The position numbers and the translations under genes were made by a program. Of a stretch of DNA of 64,000 bases, positions 25,781 through 34,754 are shown piece by piece (positions within the stretch are counted from its first letter, which is position 1; every line of letters starts with the position of its first letter). Source of the DNA: Pseudomonadota bacterium (GTDB lineage Bacteria > Pseudomonadota > Alphaproteobacteria > Rhodobacterales > Rhodobacteraceae); contig JAYZEV010000005.1 in the NCBI GenBank assembly GCA_036337105.1, forward strand, positions 3,084-67,083, in the 5' to 3' direction. The notes under the pieces are model-generated. The model saw only the letters and a program-made list of their open reading frames with translations, was not told where the DNA came from and ran no database searches.

Positions 25781-28315
25781 ATGAGTCTTGTAATAAATAC
25801 AAACATGAGCAGTTATATTTCTACACAACATGTAGATAGATATTCACGAAACACAGAAAACTCAATAGCAGCTATAGCGTCGGGCAAGAGAGTAAATAGC
25901 GCAAAAGATTTCCTTAATGGGGAGTCTTTGATAAATAGTTTTCGAGTGCAATCGACGGCGCTGAAAGTTAACTTGTCAAATATCAAGGATGGGCTAAGTC
26001 TTGCTGACAGGGCTGAGCAATCAATTTCCCAAGGGCAAGCTATATTACAAACTATGAGAGCACTGTCCGTGCAATCAGCAAATGGAATTTATAAAACTCG
26101 CGCTGGAGATTCAGTGTATTCTCCGGCCACTGCCACCTTTCAAGTAACAGGTGGGACGAACGGGACTTATGCCTCTGGCACCATTACCCTTACAGGCGCA
26201 ACTGAGGGGTCGCAAGCAAGTGGGTCTCTCACTTTTTCTGGCGCACACGCAGGAACCCAAGCAAGCGGAAGCTTCGCGATTTCAAATGCGACAGACGAGG
26301 CAAATGCGCGCGGTCAATTTACCGTTGGCGGGGGATCAGGAGCAAGTGGCGACAACATAAATACTATTACGGTAAACGGCGTTCAAATAAATGATAATGC
26401 CATTTCACATACCGGAAACAACAGGACAACAGCCGCAGCGATTGTTACTGAAATCAATGGATCAAGCCAGAGTGGAAACTTCACTGCATCCCGAAGTGGA
26501 AGCACGGTATATATTACGGCTGATACTGCGGGTACTGCACCAAATGGGCACGTAGTCGCTGTCTCAACGTCAGGCAGCGCATCTGCAAGTGGCATCAGCA
26601 ATATGGCGAACGGACTTGATAATACTCAGACGACCATTAGTAGTTTAACCGTGAATGGAACAAATGTCTTGTCGGGAGCACCATTGAGTGTGACCGGCGG
26701 CAACAATGCTATAGCCAGTGCCATAAGATCAGCATTCTCGAGTAGCGATTTTTCGGTTTCGGGATCTGGATCAACTGTAACTGTGACCTCAAATACGAAA
26801 AACTCAAGTCAAAATGGATATGCCGTGCGACTTAACAAGTCAAATGTCTCAGGACCCGCCGCTTCAAGTAACGACGGCTCTCTCAATTTATCTGGAGGGG
26901 TCACAGCCACAACGACCACAATTACTAATGTAACTGTTAATGGCGGCTCAAATCTTATCAATGGCTCCGGATCAGTCACGGTAACGGGTGATAACAGTGA
27001 TATCGCCACAGCAGTTGCTGCCCGGATATCGAGCGGTGATTACACAGCTTTTAGAAGTGGCTCGAGTGTTACATTCCTGTCAAACACTAAAGATCAAAGT
27101 CAAAATGGTTTCGCGGTTACCGGAAGCGTCTCACATGTTAGTGGGGATAATACTACGAGTCGCAGCGCGGGAACATTAAGCAGTGGTGATACTACTTCCA
27201 CCAATAGTGTTTCGGCCATCACCGTAAACGGAACCAATATTTTAGCGGGAACAGTAAATCACAACGGCGGCAACTCAGGGACAGCCAATGCGATAAGAGA
27301 CGCCATAAATGCTAATTCAGCAGCATCTGGTTTTCAAGCTTCTACATCGGGTGCACGAATAACAATTACCGCAACAACGAAAAATACAGGTCATAATGGC
27401 TACGTTATCGCCATGACAAAAGCAAACTCCGATACTTTTAATGAAATCGCAATGAGCTCACGCACCAACTTTTCCGGAGGGGATACACCTTCAAACAACG
27501 CTTTCACCGAGATTCGGGTAAAAGGTACCAAAATAAACAACAACAATATTCTGCATACTGGCAATAATGCGACTACTGCCGATGCAATTGCTAATGAAAT
27601 TAACAATTCGACGACAGACAGAAACTACACGGCCTCCTCCACAGGAAATTCTGTGACCATTTACTCAGACACTGTTCCACTTTGGGAAGACAATGACGAG
27701 TCAGTCACGGTAGCTGTTATTGGAACAGCAACTCACAACAACGACAATAGTAATGCAAAAATGGATGGCTCCGTCAGGATAGAGGGTGGAGCATTGACTT
27801 ATATCAACAATGAAATCACCAAACTAATTGTAGAATACGATAGCGGCATGAGTGAAACAACTTTCAACGATAAAAGCCTCTTTAATGGCACCAGTTATTC
27901 GTTTAGTTCGGGCGCGGCCGATGTATCAAGCTCAATAGAAACTCCGACTTTCACGCATTCATCCTTGAATACCGACACGTTGGACTTGACGGTAAACGAA
28001 GCGTCGACATCACTGACTTATATTGATACGCAATTGGAGAGCTTAAGGCAGGCTCGCTCGGAATATGCCGCCTTCGCTAATCGGCTTGAATTTGAAATCG
28101 ATTATATAGCCGATGCAATAGTAACAGCCACCAGAAGTGTTTCAATTATTCAAGACACTGATATGGCGGAGTACACAACGCAATTCGTAAGGAACAGTTT
28201 CTTAGAAGATGCAGCTCTCTCAGTGCATATGCAATCAAGACTACAAAAACGCGATGTCCTTAATTTATATTTTTCTCAGTCAAGGGTTGAAGGACAAGGA
28301 CGCTTCTATTTTTAA
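25781..28315 (+). CDS. Giant flagellin-family protein (844 aa) with a repeat-built central region
   Basis: The N-terminus MSLVINTNMSSY...ASGKRVNSAKD...GQAILQTMRALSVQSANG and C-terminus YAAFANRLEFEIDYI...RSVSIIQDTDMAEYTTQFVRNSFLEDAALSVHMQ align to the flagellin D0/D1 helices. The S/T/G/N-rich centre has no Cys. Confidence 0.85.
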   Translation: MSLVINTNMSSYISTQHVDRYSRNTENSIAAIASGKRVNSAKDFLNGESLINSFRVQSTALKVNLSNIKDGLSLADRAEQSISQGQAILQTMRALSVQSANGIYKTRAGDSVYSPATATFQVTGGTNGTYASGTITLTGATEGSQASGSLTFSGAHAGTQASGSFAISNATDEANARGQFTVGGGSGASGDNINTITVNGVQINDNAISHTGNNRTTAAAIVTEINGSSQSGNFTASRSGSTVYITADTAGTAPNGHVVAVSTSGSASASGISNMANGLDNTQTTISSLTVNGTNVLSGAPLSVTGGNNAIASAIRSAFSSSDFSVSGSGSTVTVTSNTKNSSQNGYAVRLNKSNVSGPAASSNDGSLNLSGGVTATTTTITNVTVNGGSNLINGSGSVTVTGDNSDIATAVAARISSGDYTAFRSGSSVTFLSNTKDQSQNGFAVTGSVSHVSGDNTTSRSAGTLSSGDTTSTNSVSAITVNGTNILAGTVNHNGGNSGTANAIRDAINANSAASGFQASTSGARITITATTKNTGHNGYVIAMTKANSDTFNEIAMSSRTNFSGGDTPSNNAFTEIRVKGTKINNNNILHTGNNATTADAIANEINNSTTDRNYTASSTGNSVTIYSDTVPLWEDNDESVTVAVIGTATHNNDNSNAKMDGSVRIEGGALTYINNEITKLIVEYDSGMSETTFNDKSLFNGTSYSFSSGAADVSSSIETPTFTHSSLNTDTLDLTVNEASTSLTYIDTQLESLRQARSEYAAFANRLEFEIDYIADAIVTATRSVSIIQDTDMAEYTTQFVRNSFLEDAALSVHMQSRLQKRDVLNLYFSQSRVEGQGRFYF
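26150..26329 (+). repeat. Four tandem 15-aa coding micro-repeats inside the flagellin-like gene
   Basis: GGTNGTYASGTITLT / GATEGSQASGSLTFS / GAHAGTQASGSFAIS / NATDEANARGQFTVG (aa 124-183). Confidence 0.7.
26366..27760 (+). repeat. Five tandem ~93-98-aa coding repeats (flagellin-IN-motif-like modules)
   Basis: Units start at aa 196 (ITVNGVQIN), 289 (LTVNGTNVL), 384 (VTVNGGSNL), 480 (ITVNGTNIL) and 578 (IRVKGTKIN). Each continues ...G(G/N)N..(I/T)A.A(I/V)...(I/F)N/S......(F/Y)(T/S/Q)AS.SG(S/A/N).(V/I)T(I/V/F)...T....NG(Y/F/H)(A/V)(V/I). The units are diverged at the DNA level. Confidence 0.75.
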
Positions 28316-28400
28316 CTTTGGTTTAGGCAAATTAGCCATGCAAAATTAAGGGTGAGAAAACGTGTCTGGCGTAATCAAAAGCTATCCCAATAACCTACAA

Positions 28401-28422
28401 CTTGGCCGCGTTTGTGGCCAAG
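28401..28422. terminator. Candidate bidirectional terminator hairpin between the convergent flagellin-like and methyltransferase genes
   Basis: CTTGGCC-gcgtttgt-GGCCAAG (7-bp stem, 8-nt loop) is followed by a T-rich stretch on the plus strand. It is the only obvious hairpin in the 170-bp convergent spacer. Confidence 0.35.
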
Positions 28423-28485
28423 CTGTTAATTTCTTATATTGCCCCAAAGGAACGAGTTTCATTTGGCAATGAAAAAAGAAACTCT

Positions 28486-29137
28486 TTAAAACTCTATTAT
28501 ACCACATTTATTCCCTACAACTCTATGTGTTAAGCCATTTTCATCCACAAAACTCATAAATGCATCATGAGCTCCATCGCACCATTGATTTTCCAGAACA
28601 TCATCCACTATGACAACCGCATTGGCTCCCAAAAAGGGTTTACAGCTGTTCAAAACGGCTTTGGTCGGTTTATACAAATCAACGTCCAAAAATAAAAAAT
28701 CGATTGTTCCTATTTTCGAGAAGTCAAACCTGGCTGCATCTATCATTACAGGCTTTACAAAATCAAACTCCTTGAAGTTTTTTCGGAACCTATCGTAATC
28801 ATTGTAACGAAATCCAAAAAAATCGCTTCGGTTCTTTCCTCTGTTTTGGACCTCGTAATTGACATCTGTTTCAGTGAACCCAGAAAAAGTGTCTATACAA
28901 AAGTATGTGCACAAAAGATTGCTACTTACAATGTACTGGCAAATGAATCTGGTGGTCATTCCGCGAGCAACTCCAACTTCAACTATGTTTATATGTTTTT
29001 TGCCTGCGGCGGCTCTATTTATACCGTTGACAAGCTCTACCAACTGGATCGGCTCGAGGTTGTAAGGATATGTGGCATCACCGAGTTTCGTGTAACGAAA
29101 GACTATTTTTTTAAGAAATTCTTTGATTTTTTTTCAT
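28486..29137 (-). CDS. TylF/MycF-family SAM-dependent O-methyltransferase; 5' end out of frame with its ATG (A8 tract)
   Basis: SAM motif I (VEVGVARGMTT) and the TylF-type LFLDVDLYKPT...VVIVDDV...CDGAHDAFMSF. The frame stays open and protein-like upstream of the track's TTG start (KKIKEFLKKIVFRYTKLGDATYPYNLEPIQL) up to a TGA at 29134-29136. An ATG at 29137-29135 is one base out of frame across A8 (29127-29134). Confidence 0.7.
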
Positions 29138-29539
29138 CTTCTTATTCAATATCTTTTTACAAATTATAATCTTTTTTTCTTTTTAACAAGAAGAAACCCG
29201 TAGAGTTTAATCTTAACAGATCTAAATGAAAAAAAACAAAAGATGTTTGAGTATATAAAAATCTATCCCCAACCATTAACTTGATTCTTAAGATGATGTA
29301 TTTCTTGTGTTGATTTAATTATCACCTACCATATTAACTATAATACCTGTAACTCTTATTTCGCATTCCACCAGGCCTAATTTATTTTGTTTCTGAAAGA
29401 GAAAAGCACAGCTCCGCTTTAAAAAAATTAAGCGTAAAATAGGTATTTGTGGCTGCAAGTTTTGTCGCAAAAAAAAGTAATGAAAATTGTCAGGTTAGTG
29501 ATAGGTTCTTATTTATTTGTCTTTGAGAGAGTGCTGAGT

Positions 29540-31249
29540 ATGGAAATCACGATCGATGCCGCTTTGCAAAGAGGTATCAAAGCACACAAGTCTGGGAATA
29601 TTCATGAAGCGCATAAGTTTTTTTCCGCCATTTTAAAAGTGCAACCTAATCATCCCAATGCAAATCACAACATGGGACTTCTTGCCATCAATATGGGAAA
29701 GGTTGTGGAAGCCCTTCCTTTTTTTAAAGCATCACTAAAAGCGGATGCAAGTGTTGAGAAGTTTTGGGTAAGCTACATCGACGCGCATCTGAGACTCAAC
29801 AGAATATCTGATGCTAAACACCTTTTCCAGATAGCTGAAGAAAAGGGGTTTAAAGGACACGTTTTGAGAAAGATGCGGCTAAAGCTTGATGAGACTGCAT
29901 TAAAGAGCGCGTCAAATTATTTGATTGCAGGAAATAATTTCTATAAAAGTGGCGACTTCGAACGCGCCATAGAAAAATATGAACAGGCTCTCAGTGCAAA
30001 CCCAGAATATGCAGAGGCCTACTTTAATAAAGCGAATGCCTTGATTGAGAATAATAACGATGCTTTCAACGCAATAAAAAATTATAAAAGTGCGCTTGAG
30101 ATAAACCCAAATTACATGAGAGCTTATAACAATCTGGGTAATATCTTTAAAGATATAGGAGATCAAGCTTCTGCAAAGAAACAGTATAAGACCGCCATCA
30201 AGATTAGCCATAAATATGCGACAGCCCATTTTAATCTTGCACAAGTGAAGAAATACAAAAGAATTGATAAACAGTTCTCAAGAATGAAAAGGCTCCACGA
30301 AAGCCTAAACACTAGTATTGAGGATAGATGTGTTTTAGGCTTTGCCTTATCCAAAGCATATGAAGATATGGGAAAACTAGACAAATCATTTTATTTATTG
30401 AAAGAAGCTAATGCTCTTCGCAAGCAAAGTTTAAGTTACGACTTCAAAAACGACAAAAAAATTTTTGAAAAAATTAAAGGTACAAACCAAAGCATTTTTA
30501 ACAAATCGTTACATTATAAAACTGCTGATCAAGCTGATTTAATACCGGTTTTTATTGTTGGTATGCCTCGGTCCGGTACAACCCTAATAGAGCAAATTAT
30601 TTCCTCACACTCTCAAATTACTGGAGGAGGCGAATTAAATTTTGTTGGCCTTTATGGTACGCAACTTGTTACCGGAAGTTCCAAACCTTCCCCGAAAACT
30701 TTGACTGACTTTAGAGAAAAATATCTATCTGCTCTAGGTAAATTTTCAAACGAAAAGCGTTTCGTAACTGATAAAATGCCTCATAATTTCTTGTTCCTTG
30801 GTCTAATCTGTGCCGCGTTACCAGAGGCAAAGATAGTTCATGTCACTCGAGAACCACGCGCAACCTGCTGGTCAAATTTTAAGCATTACTTTCCATCAAC
30901 AAATTTGGGCTACTGCTATGACCTGAATGATTTGGTCAAATATTATGAGATGTACCGAAATCTGATGGGATTTTGGCAAGAAAAATACGCAAGTAGGATT
31001 CATCACGTTAACTATGACGTTCTCACTAACAATCAAAACCTCGAAACCAAAAAACTAATTAAATACTTAGAAATAGGGTGGGAGAGGGACTGCCTTTATC
31101 CCCAGAAAAATCAAAGATTCGTGCGTTCTGCGTCGAGTCAGCAGGTAAGGGAAAAGATTTATAAGAATAGTTCAAAAAAATGGCTTGATTTTGAGGTTTT
31201 TTTAAATGGGGCCTTCGAGGGTTTAACAAATACGTCTTTGGGCGATTAG
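29540..31249 (+). CDS. TPR-repeat protein fused to a C-terminal sulfotransferase domain
   Basis: The N-terminal ~300 aa hold several TPR units (e.g. AHKSGNIHEAHKFFSAILKVQPNHPNANHNMGLL; GNNFYKSGDFERAIEKYEQALSANPEYAEAYFNKANAL). The C-terminal domain has the PAPS 5'-phosphosulfate-binding loop GMPRSGTTL (PRSGTT at 30566-30583). Start is taken as MEITIDAAL. Confidence 0.8.
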   Translation: MEITIDAALQRGIKAHKSGNIHEAHKFFSAILKVQPNHPNANHNMGLLAINMGKVVEALPFFKASLKADASVEKFWVSYIDAHLRLNRISDAKHLFQIAEEKGFKGHVLRKMRLKLDETALKSASNYLIAGNNFYKSGDFERAIEKYEQALSANPEYAEAYFNKANALIENNNDAFNAIKNYKSALEINPNYMRAYNNLGNIFKDIGDQASAKKQYKTAIKISHKYATAHFNLAQVKKYKRIDKQFSRMKRLHESLNTSIEDRCVLGFALSKAYEDMGKLDKSFYLLKEANALRKQSLSYDFKNDKKIFEKIKGTNQSIFNKSLHYKTADQADLIPVFIVGMPRSGTTLIEQIISSHSQITGGGELNFVGLYGTQLVTGSSKPSPKTLTDFREKYLSALGKFSNEKRFVTDKMPHNFLFLGLICAALPEAKIVHVTREPRATCWSNFKHYFPSTNLGYCYDLNDLVKYYEMYRNLMGFWQEKYASRIHHVNYDVLTNNQNLETKKLIKYLEIGWERDCLYPQKNQRFVRSASSQQVREKIYKNSSKKWLDFEVFLNGAFEGLTNTSLGD

Positions 31250-31382
31250 CATCCTGACGTAGTTTTTTTTGAAAAATTTATTATTTTCACTATCTAGAAA
31301 TTGATCGGACAAGCCTAATACTTCGAATCTGCTCGGAGCAGCCTCTGGTAATTGAACCCGGTCTCCCGTTAGAGCTAATCAG

Positions 31383-32687
31383 TCATACAAACCGATTAAC
31401 GGCATTCTCGAGGCGTTCTTGCCCGCCAGACCGTGGTTCGGGAGAAATGTCATCGGCGATTATCCTATCCGAAATCGATGATAGCGTCTCTTCCGCTAGC
31501 ATCTTCTTTGCGGATGGAGTGTCCCAACCAGCATACCGTTTTGATCGTTCATGTTCGATCAAGCCGTCTTCAAGTAGAGCGGCAGCGGATTTAAGCGCCC
31601 TTGCGCAAACATCCATTGCTCCTACATGCGAAAGGATTAGATCCGCTGGGTCCAAAGATTGGCGGCGAAGTTTTGCGTCAAAGTTTGTCCCTCCAGAGGT
31701 GAAGCCTCCGCCCCTTAGAATCTCATAGTAAGCCATCATGACTTCAGGCACATTGTTGGGAAATTGGTCTGTATCCCAACCAGACTGGTAGTCGTTTCTA
31801 TTCATATCAATCGAACCAAATATTCCCATTGAATTAGCTAGAGCGATTTCATGTTCGAAACTATGACCCGCAAGGATTGCATGACCCGCTTCAATATTTA
31901 CCCTAACCTCGTCCTCAAGGCCAAAACGCCGAAGAAACCCATAGACGGTCGCAACATCGTAGTCATATTGATGCTTTGAGGGTTCCTGCGGTTTGGGTTC
32001 TACCAGAATCTGCCCTTTGAAGCCGATCTTATGCTTGTAGTCGACGACCATTTGCAGGAAACGACCAGCCTGTTGCACCTCTCGTGTTAGATCGGTATTC
32101 AGCAGCGTTTCATAACCTTCTCGGCCGCCCCACAAGACATAGTTTTCTCCACCAAGCTTCACTGTTGCATCCATACAGGATTTCACTGTGGCAGCAGAAT
32201 AGGCAAAGACATCTGGGTCGGGGTTTGTCGCAGCGCCAGACATGAACCGCCGATGCGTAAATAAGTTGGCCGTACCCCAAAGAAGCTTGGTGCCGCTAGA
32301 GTCCATTTTTTCGGCGATATAGTCGGTGATTTTTTCAAGATTACTCAGACTTTCGGCAAAGCTTCTGCCTTCGGGACGAACGTCGAGGTCGTGAAAACAG
32401 AAGTAGGGTACTCCCAAAATCTCGAACATCTCAAACGCAACATCTGCCTTACGACGCGCATGTTCCATTGTGTCCCCGAACCACGGTCGTTCGAAAGTCT
32501 GACCACCAAACGGATCGCCTCCAGGCCATGCAAAGCTGTGCCAATAGGCGACCGCGAATCTTAGGTGGTCCTCCATTCGTTTACCCATAACCAGTTCGTT
32601 TGCGTCATAGTGTCGAAACGCGAAGTCGTTTTTGGTCTCTGTGCCCTCAAAAGTGCACTTTGGAATCCCATGGAAAAAATCAGTCAT
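31383..32687 (-). CDS. xylA: Xylose isomerase
   Basis: 434 aa with [23 protein letters not shown] and [17 protein letters not shown] motifs. It is clearly more GC-rich than the flanks. Confidence 0.95.
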   Translation of the reverse strand: MTDFFHGIPKCTFEGTETKNDFAFRHYDANELVMGKRMEDHLRFAVAYWHSFAWPGGDPFGGQTFERPWFGDTMEHARRKADVAFEMFEILGVPYFCFHDLDVRPEGRSFAESLSNLEKITDYIAEKMDSSGTKLLWGTANLFTHRRFMSGAATNPDPDVFAYSAATVKSCMDATVKLGGENYVLWGGREGYETLLNTDLTREVQQAGRFLQMVVDYKHKIGFKGQILVEPKPQEPSKHQYDYDVATVYGFLRRFGLEDEVRVNIEAGHAILAGHSFEHEIALANSMGIFGSIDMNRNDYQSGWDTDQFPNNVPEVMMAYYEILRGGGFTSGGTNFDAKLRRQSLDPADLILSHVGAMDVCARALKSAAALLEDGLIEHERSKRYAGWDTPSAKKMLAEETLSSISDRIIADDISPEPRSGGQERLENAVNRFV

Positions 32688-34123
32688 TTAAGCTCCTTAA
32701 TCGCGCCCTGCGCGTCTTTGAATTGTTCGTGCTTGGCGCTGTAGGCGCTCGTGAGTGATGGATCTGGTTCGATTGTGCAGGATATTTTTGGTCGACCTGC
32801 AACCTCAACGTCGCCGGCGTCAGCTGCCATCATCGCCAAGCGCGCCGCGCCAAATGCACCACCAAAATCCCCATCAATGGGTAAATCGATAGGAATGTTT
32901 AGGGCGGTTGCAAGGATCTGTAGCCAATAATCTGAGTTACTGCCACCTCCAACGGCCAACAAGCTGTCAAATTTCGTGCCCGTTGAAGCCAGCGCGTCAC
33001 GGCAATCGCAAAAAGCAAATGCTACTCCTTCCAAAACTGCCTTGCTCACCGCCTTAAGATCCGAGGCGTGATCCAGCCCAACAAACGCACCGCGTATTTT
33101 TGCGTCGTTTAGCGGTGTCCGTTCACCGCCGATATAGGGAAGAAAAAGTGCGCGCCCGGGTGCCGACACCGGTCCCAAATCGGCCGTTAACTCGGATGGC
33201 AATTTCCCAGCTAGACCGGAAAACCAATTGAGCGCATCCGTTGCTGCCAAAATAACACCCATTTGGTGCCAGGTGTTGGGGAGCGCATGGCAAAAGGTGT
33301 GAACGGCCGTTTCTGGCGCCGGGGAATATGTATCCGTCGCTGCGAACAGAACACCGGAAGTCCCAAGTGACAGAAACGCTTGCCCATCGGTAACCGCGCC
33401 AACGCCAATACCGGAGGCAGCGTTATCGCCGCCACCGCCAGCCACGACGACCGAGGGGCTAAAGCCCCAGCGTGACGAGATATCCTGTCGTAAATTCCCA
33501 CCAGGCTCTGAGCCCTCGACTATTTCGGGCATGTGACCTCGATCGAGATCGGAAAGGGCCAAGAGATCATCTGACCAATCACGCTTGGCCGTGTTAAGCC
33601 AACTTGTTCCGGCGCTGTCAGATGGATCACTAATGTATTCACCCGTTAGCCAAAGACGCAAATAATCTTTGGGTAACAGGACTTTGTGAATTTGCGAAAA
33701 CAAGTCCGCTTCGTGATTTTGTATCCACTTCAGCTTGGGCGCCGTGAACCCAGGAAAGACGATGTTGCCACTTATTGCGCGCCAATCCTCTACCGCGTCC
33801 ATTTCAGAGGCTTCACTGCTGCTACGGGTGTCATTCCACAAAATGCTTGGTCTAAGAACGCGGTTTTGCGCATCAATGACCGTGGCGCCGTGCATCTGAC
33901 CGGATAGTCCAATTCCACGAACTGTACCTAGAGCGCTTCGGGAACTCAACTCGTCAAATACGTTCTCAGCTGCCGAAATCCAGTCAGCAGGATCTTGTTC
34001 AGACCAGCCATCGTGAGGACGTGAAACCTCTAAACCTGACGAAGCGGAATCCACAACTGCTTGATCATCGTTGATCAAAACACCTTTTAGTCCCGACGTC
34101 CCAAGATCCAGGCCTAGAAACAT
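32684..34123 (-). CDS. xylB: Xylulokinase
   Basis: FGGY kinase N-terminus ([16 protein letters not shown]) and C-terminal domain ([17 protein letters not shown]). There is a 4-nt overlap with xylA. Confidence 0.9.
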   Translation of the reverse strand: MFLGLDLGTSGLKGVLINDDQAVVDSASSGLEVSRPHDGWSEQDPADWISAAENVFDELSSRSALGTVRGIGLSGQMHGATVIDAQNRVLRPSILWNDTRSSSEASEMDAVEDWRAISGNIVFPGFTAPKLKWIQNHEADLFSQIHKVLLPKDYLRLWLTGEYISDPSDSAGTSWLNTAKRDWSDDLLALSDLDRGHMPEIVEGSEPGGNLRQDISSRWGFSPSVVVAGGGGDNAASGIGVGAVTDGQAFLSLGTSGVLFAATDTYSPAPETAVHTFCHALPNTWHQMGVILAATDALNWFSGLAGKLPSELTADLGPVSAPGRALFLPYIGGERTPLNDAKIRGAFVGLDHASDLKAVSKAVLEGVAFAFCDCRDALASTGTKFDSLLAVGGGSNSDYWLQILATALNIPIDLPIDGDFGGAFGAARLAMMAADAGDVEVAGRPKISCTIEPDPSLTSAYSAKHEQFKDAQGAIKELK

Positions 34124-34272
34124 TTCACCTGTCCAGACTCCCTAAGTACACTGATTTGCTCAAGTGCTTCCGAATGCACCCATCCCAACTCAAAATTGTA
34201 CCCACTCGTCATTCTTACTGTTACTTTCAATGCAGGATTCTATGGTCAGAATTATCGAAATATCAGTATATT

Positions 34273-34358
34273 TGGTGGAGGGGATAGGATTCGAACCTAT
34301 GTAGGGTTTCCCCGACGGAGTTACAGTCCGTTGCATTTGACCGCTCTGCCACCCCTCC
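34273..34358 (-). tRNA. tRNA-Tyr (anticodon GTA), CCA encoded
   Basis: The reverse complement is GGAGGGG-TG-GCAGAGCGGTCAAATGC-A-ACGGA-CTGTAAC-TCCGT-CGGGGAAACCCTAC-ATAGG-TTCGAAT-CCTAT-CCCCTCC-ACCA. It folds as a cloverleaf with a long variable arm, 86 nt. Confidence 0.9.
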
Positions 34359-34754
34359 ATATCAATAAAAACAGGCTAAATCAGTATTTCTCATCCTAAA
34401 ATTTTTAGCTCTTTTAACTTTTATTTACTACAATTCTAACTCAATCGTGTTAACCATACTATCTCGTTTATGTCCAGACATACATGCTCAAATTCAGTTA
34501 AATTTTCTTTCAAGTTTTTTAGAGTATCTGGAGTCTCGGTTTGATCAGTATCAACATACTAATAACTTACTGAGAGTTCATGATAATTCTTAATCCTTTT
34601 ATTTCTTAGACAATACAAAGAAAATGTCTCCCCGGAATCTATCTATTTACTTATAAGTACAAGAGTAGAATATAAATGGAACCCGAAATCAATTTCGCTT
34701 ATAACGCACAACGTGGAAGCTCTACTTGTACAAAACCGTCAAGAAATCTTTTCG

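Noticed and set aside
31345-31361. tRNA T-arm-like sequence (minus strand CCGGG-TTCAATT-ACCAG) just after the xylA stop, considered as a possible att direct repeat marking the far end of the xylAB islet
   Set aside because: The second stem half does not pair properly. The sequence also does not match the 3' end of the adjacent tRNA-Tyr (ATAGGTTCGAATCCTATCCCCTCCACCA) beyond the generic T-loop. This is insufficient to call an att site.
34196-34399. 67-aa plus-strand ORF
   Set aside because: It overlaps tRNA-Tyr (34273-34358) on the opposite strand. It is an artefact of the tRNA sequence.
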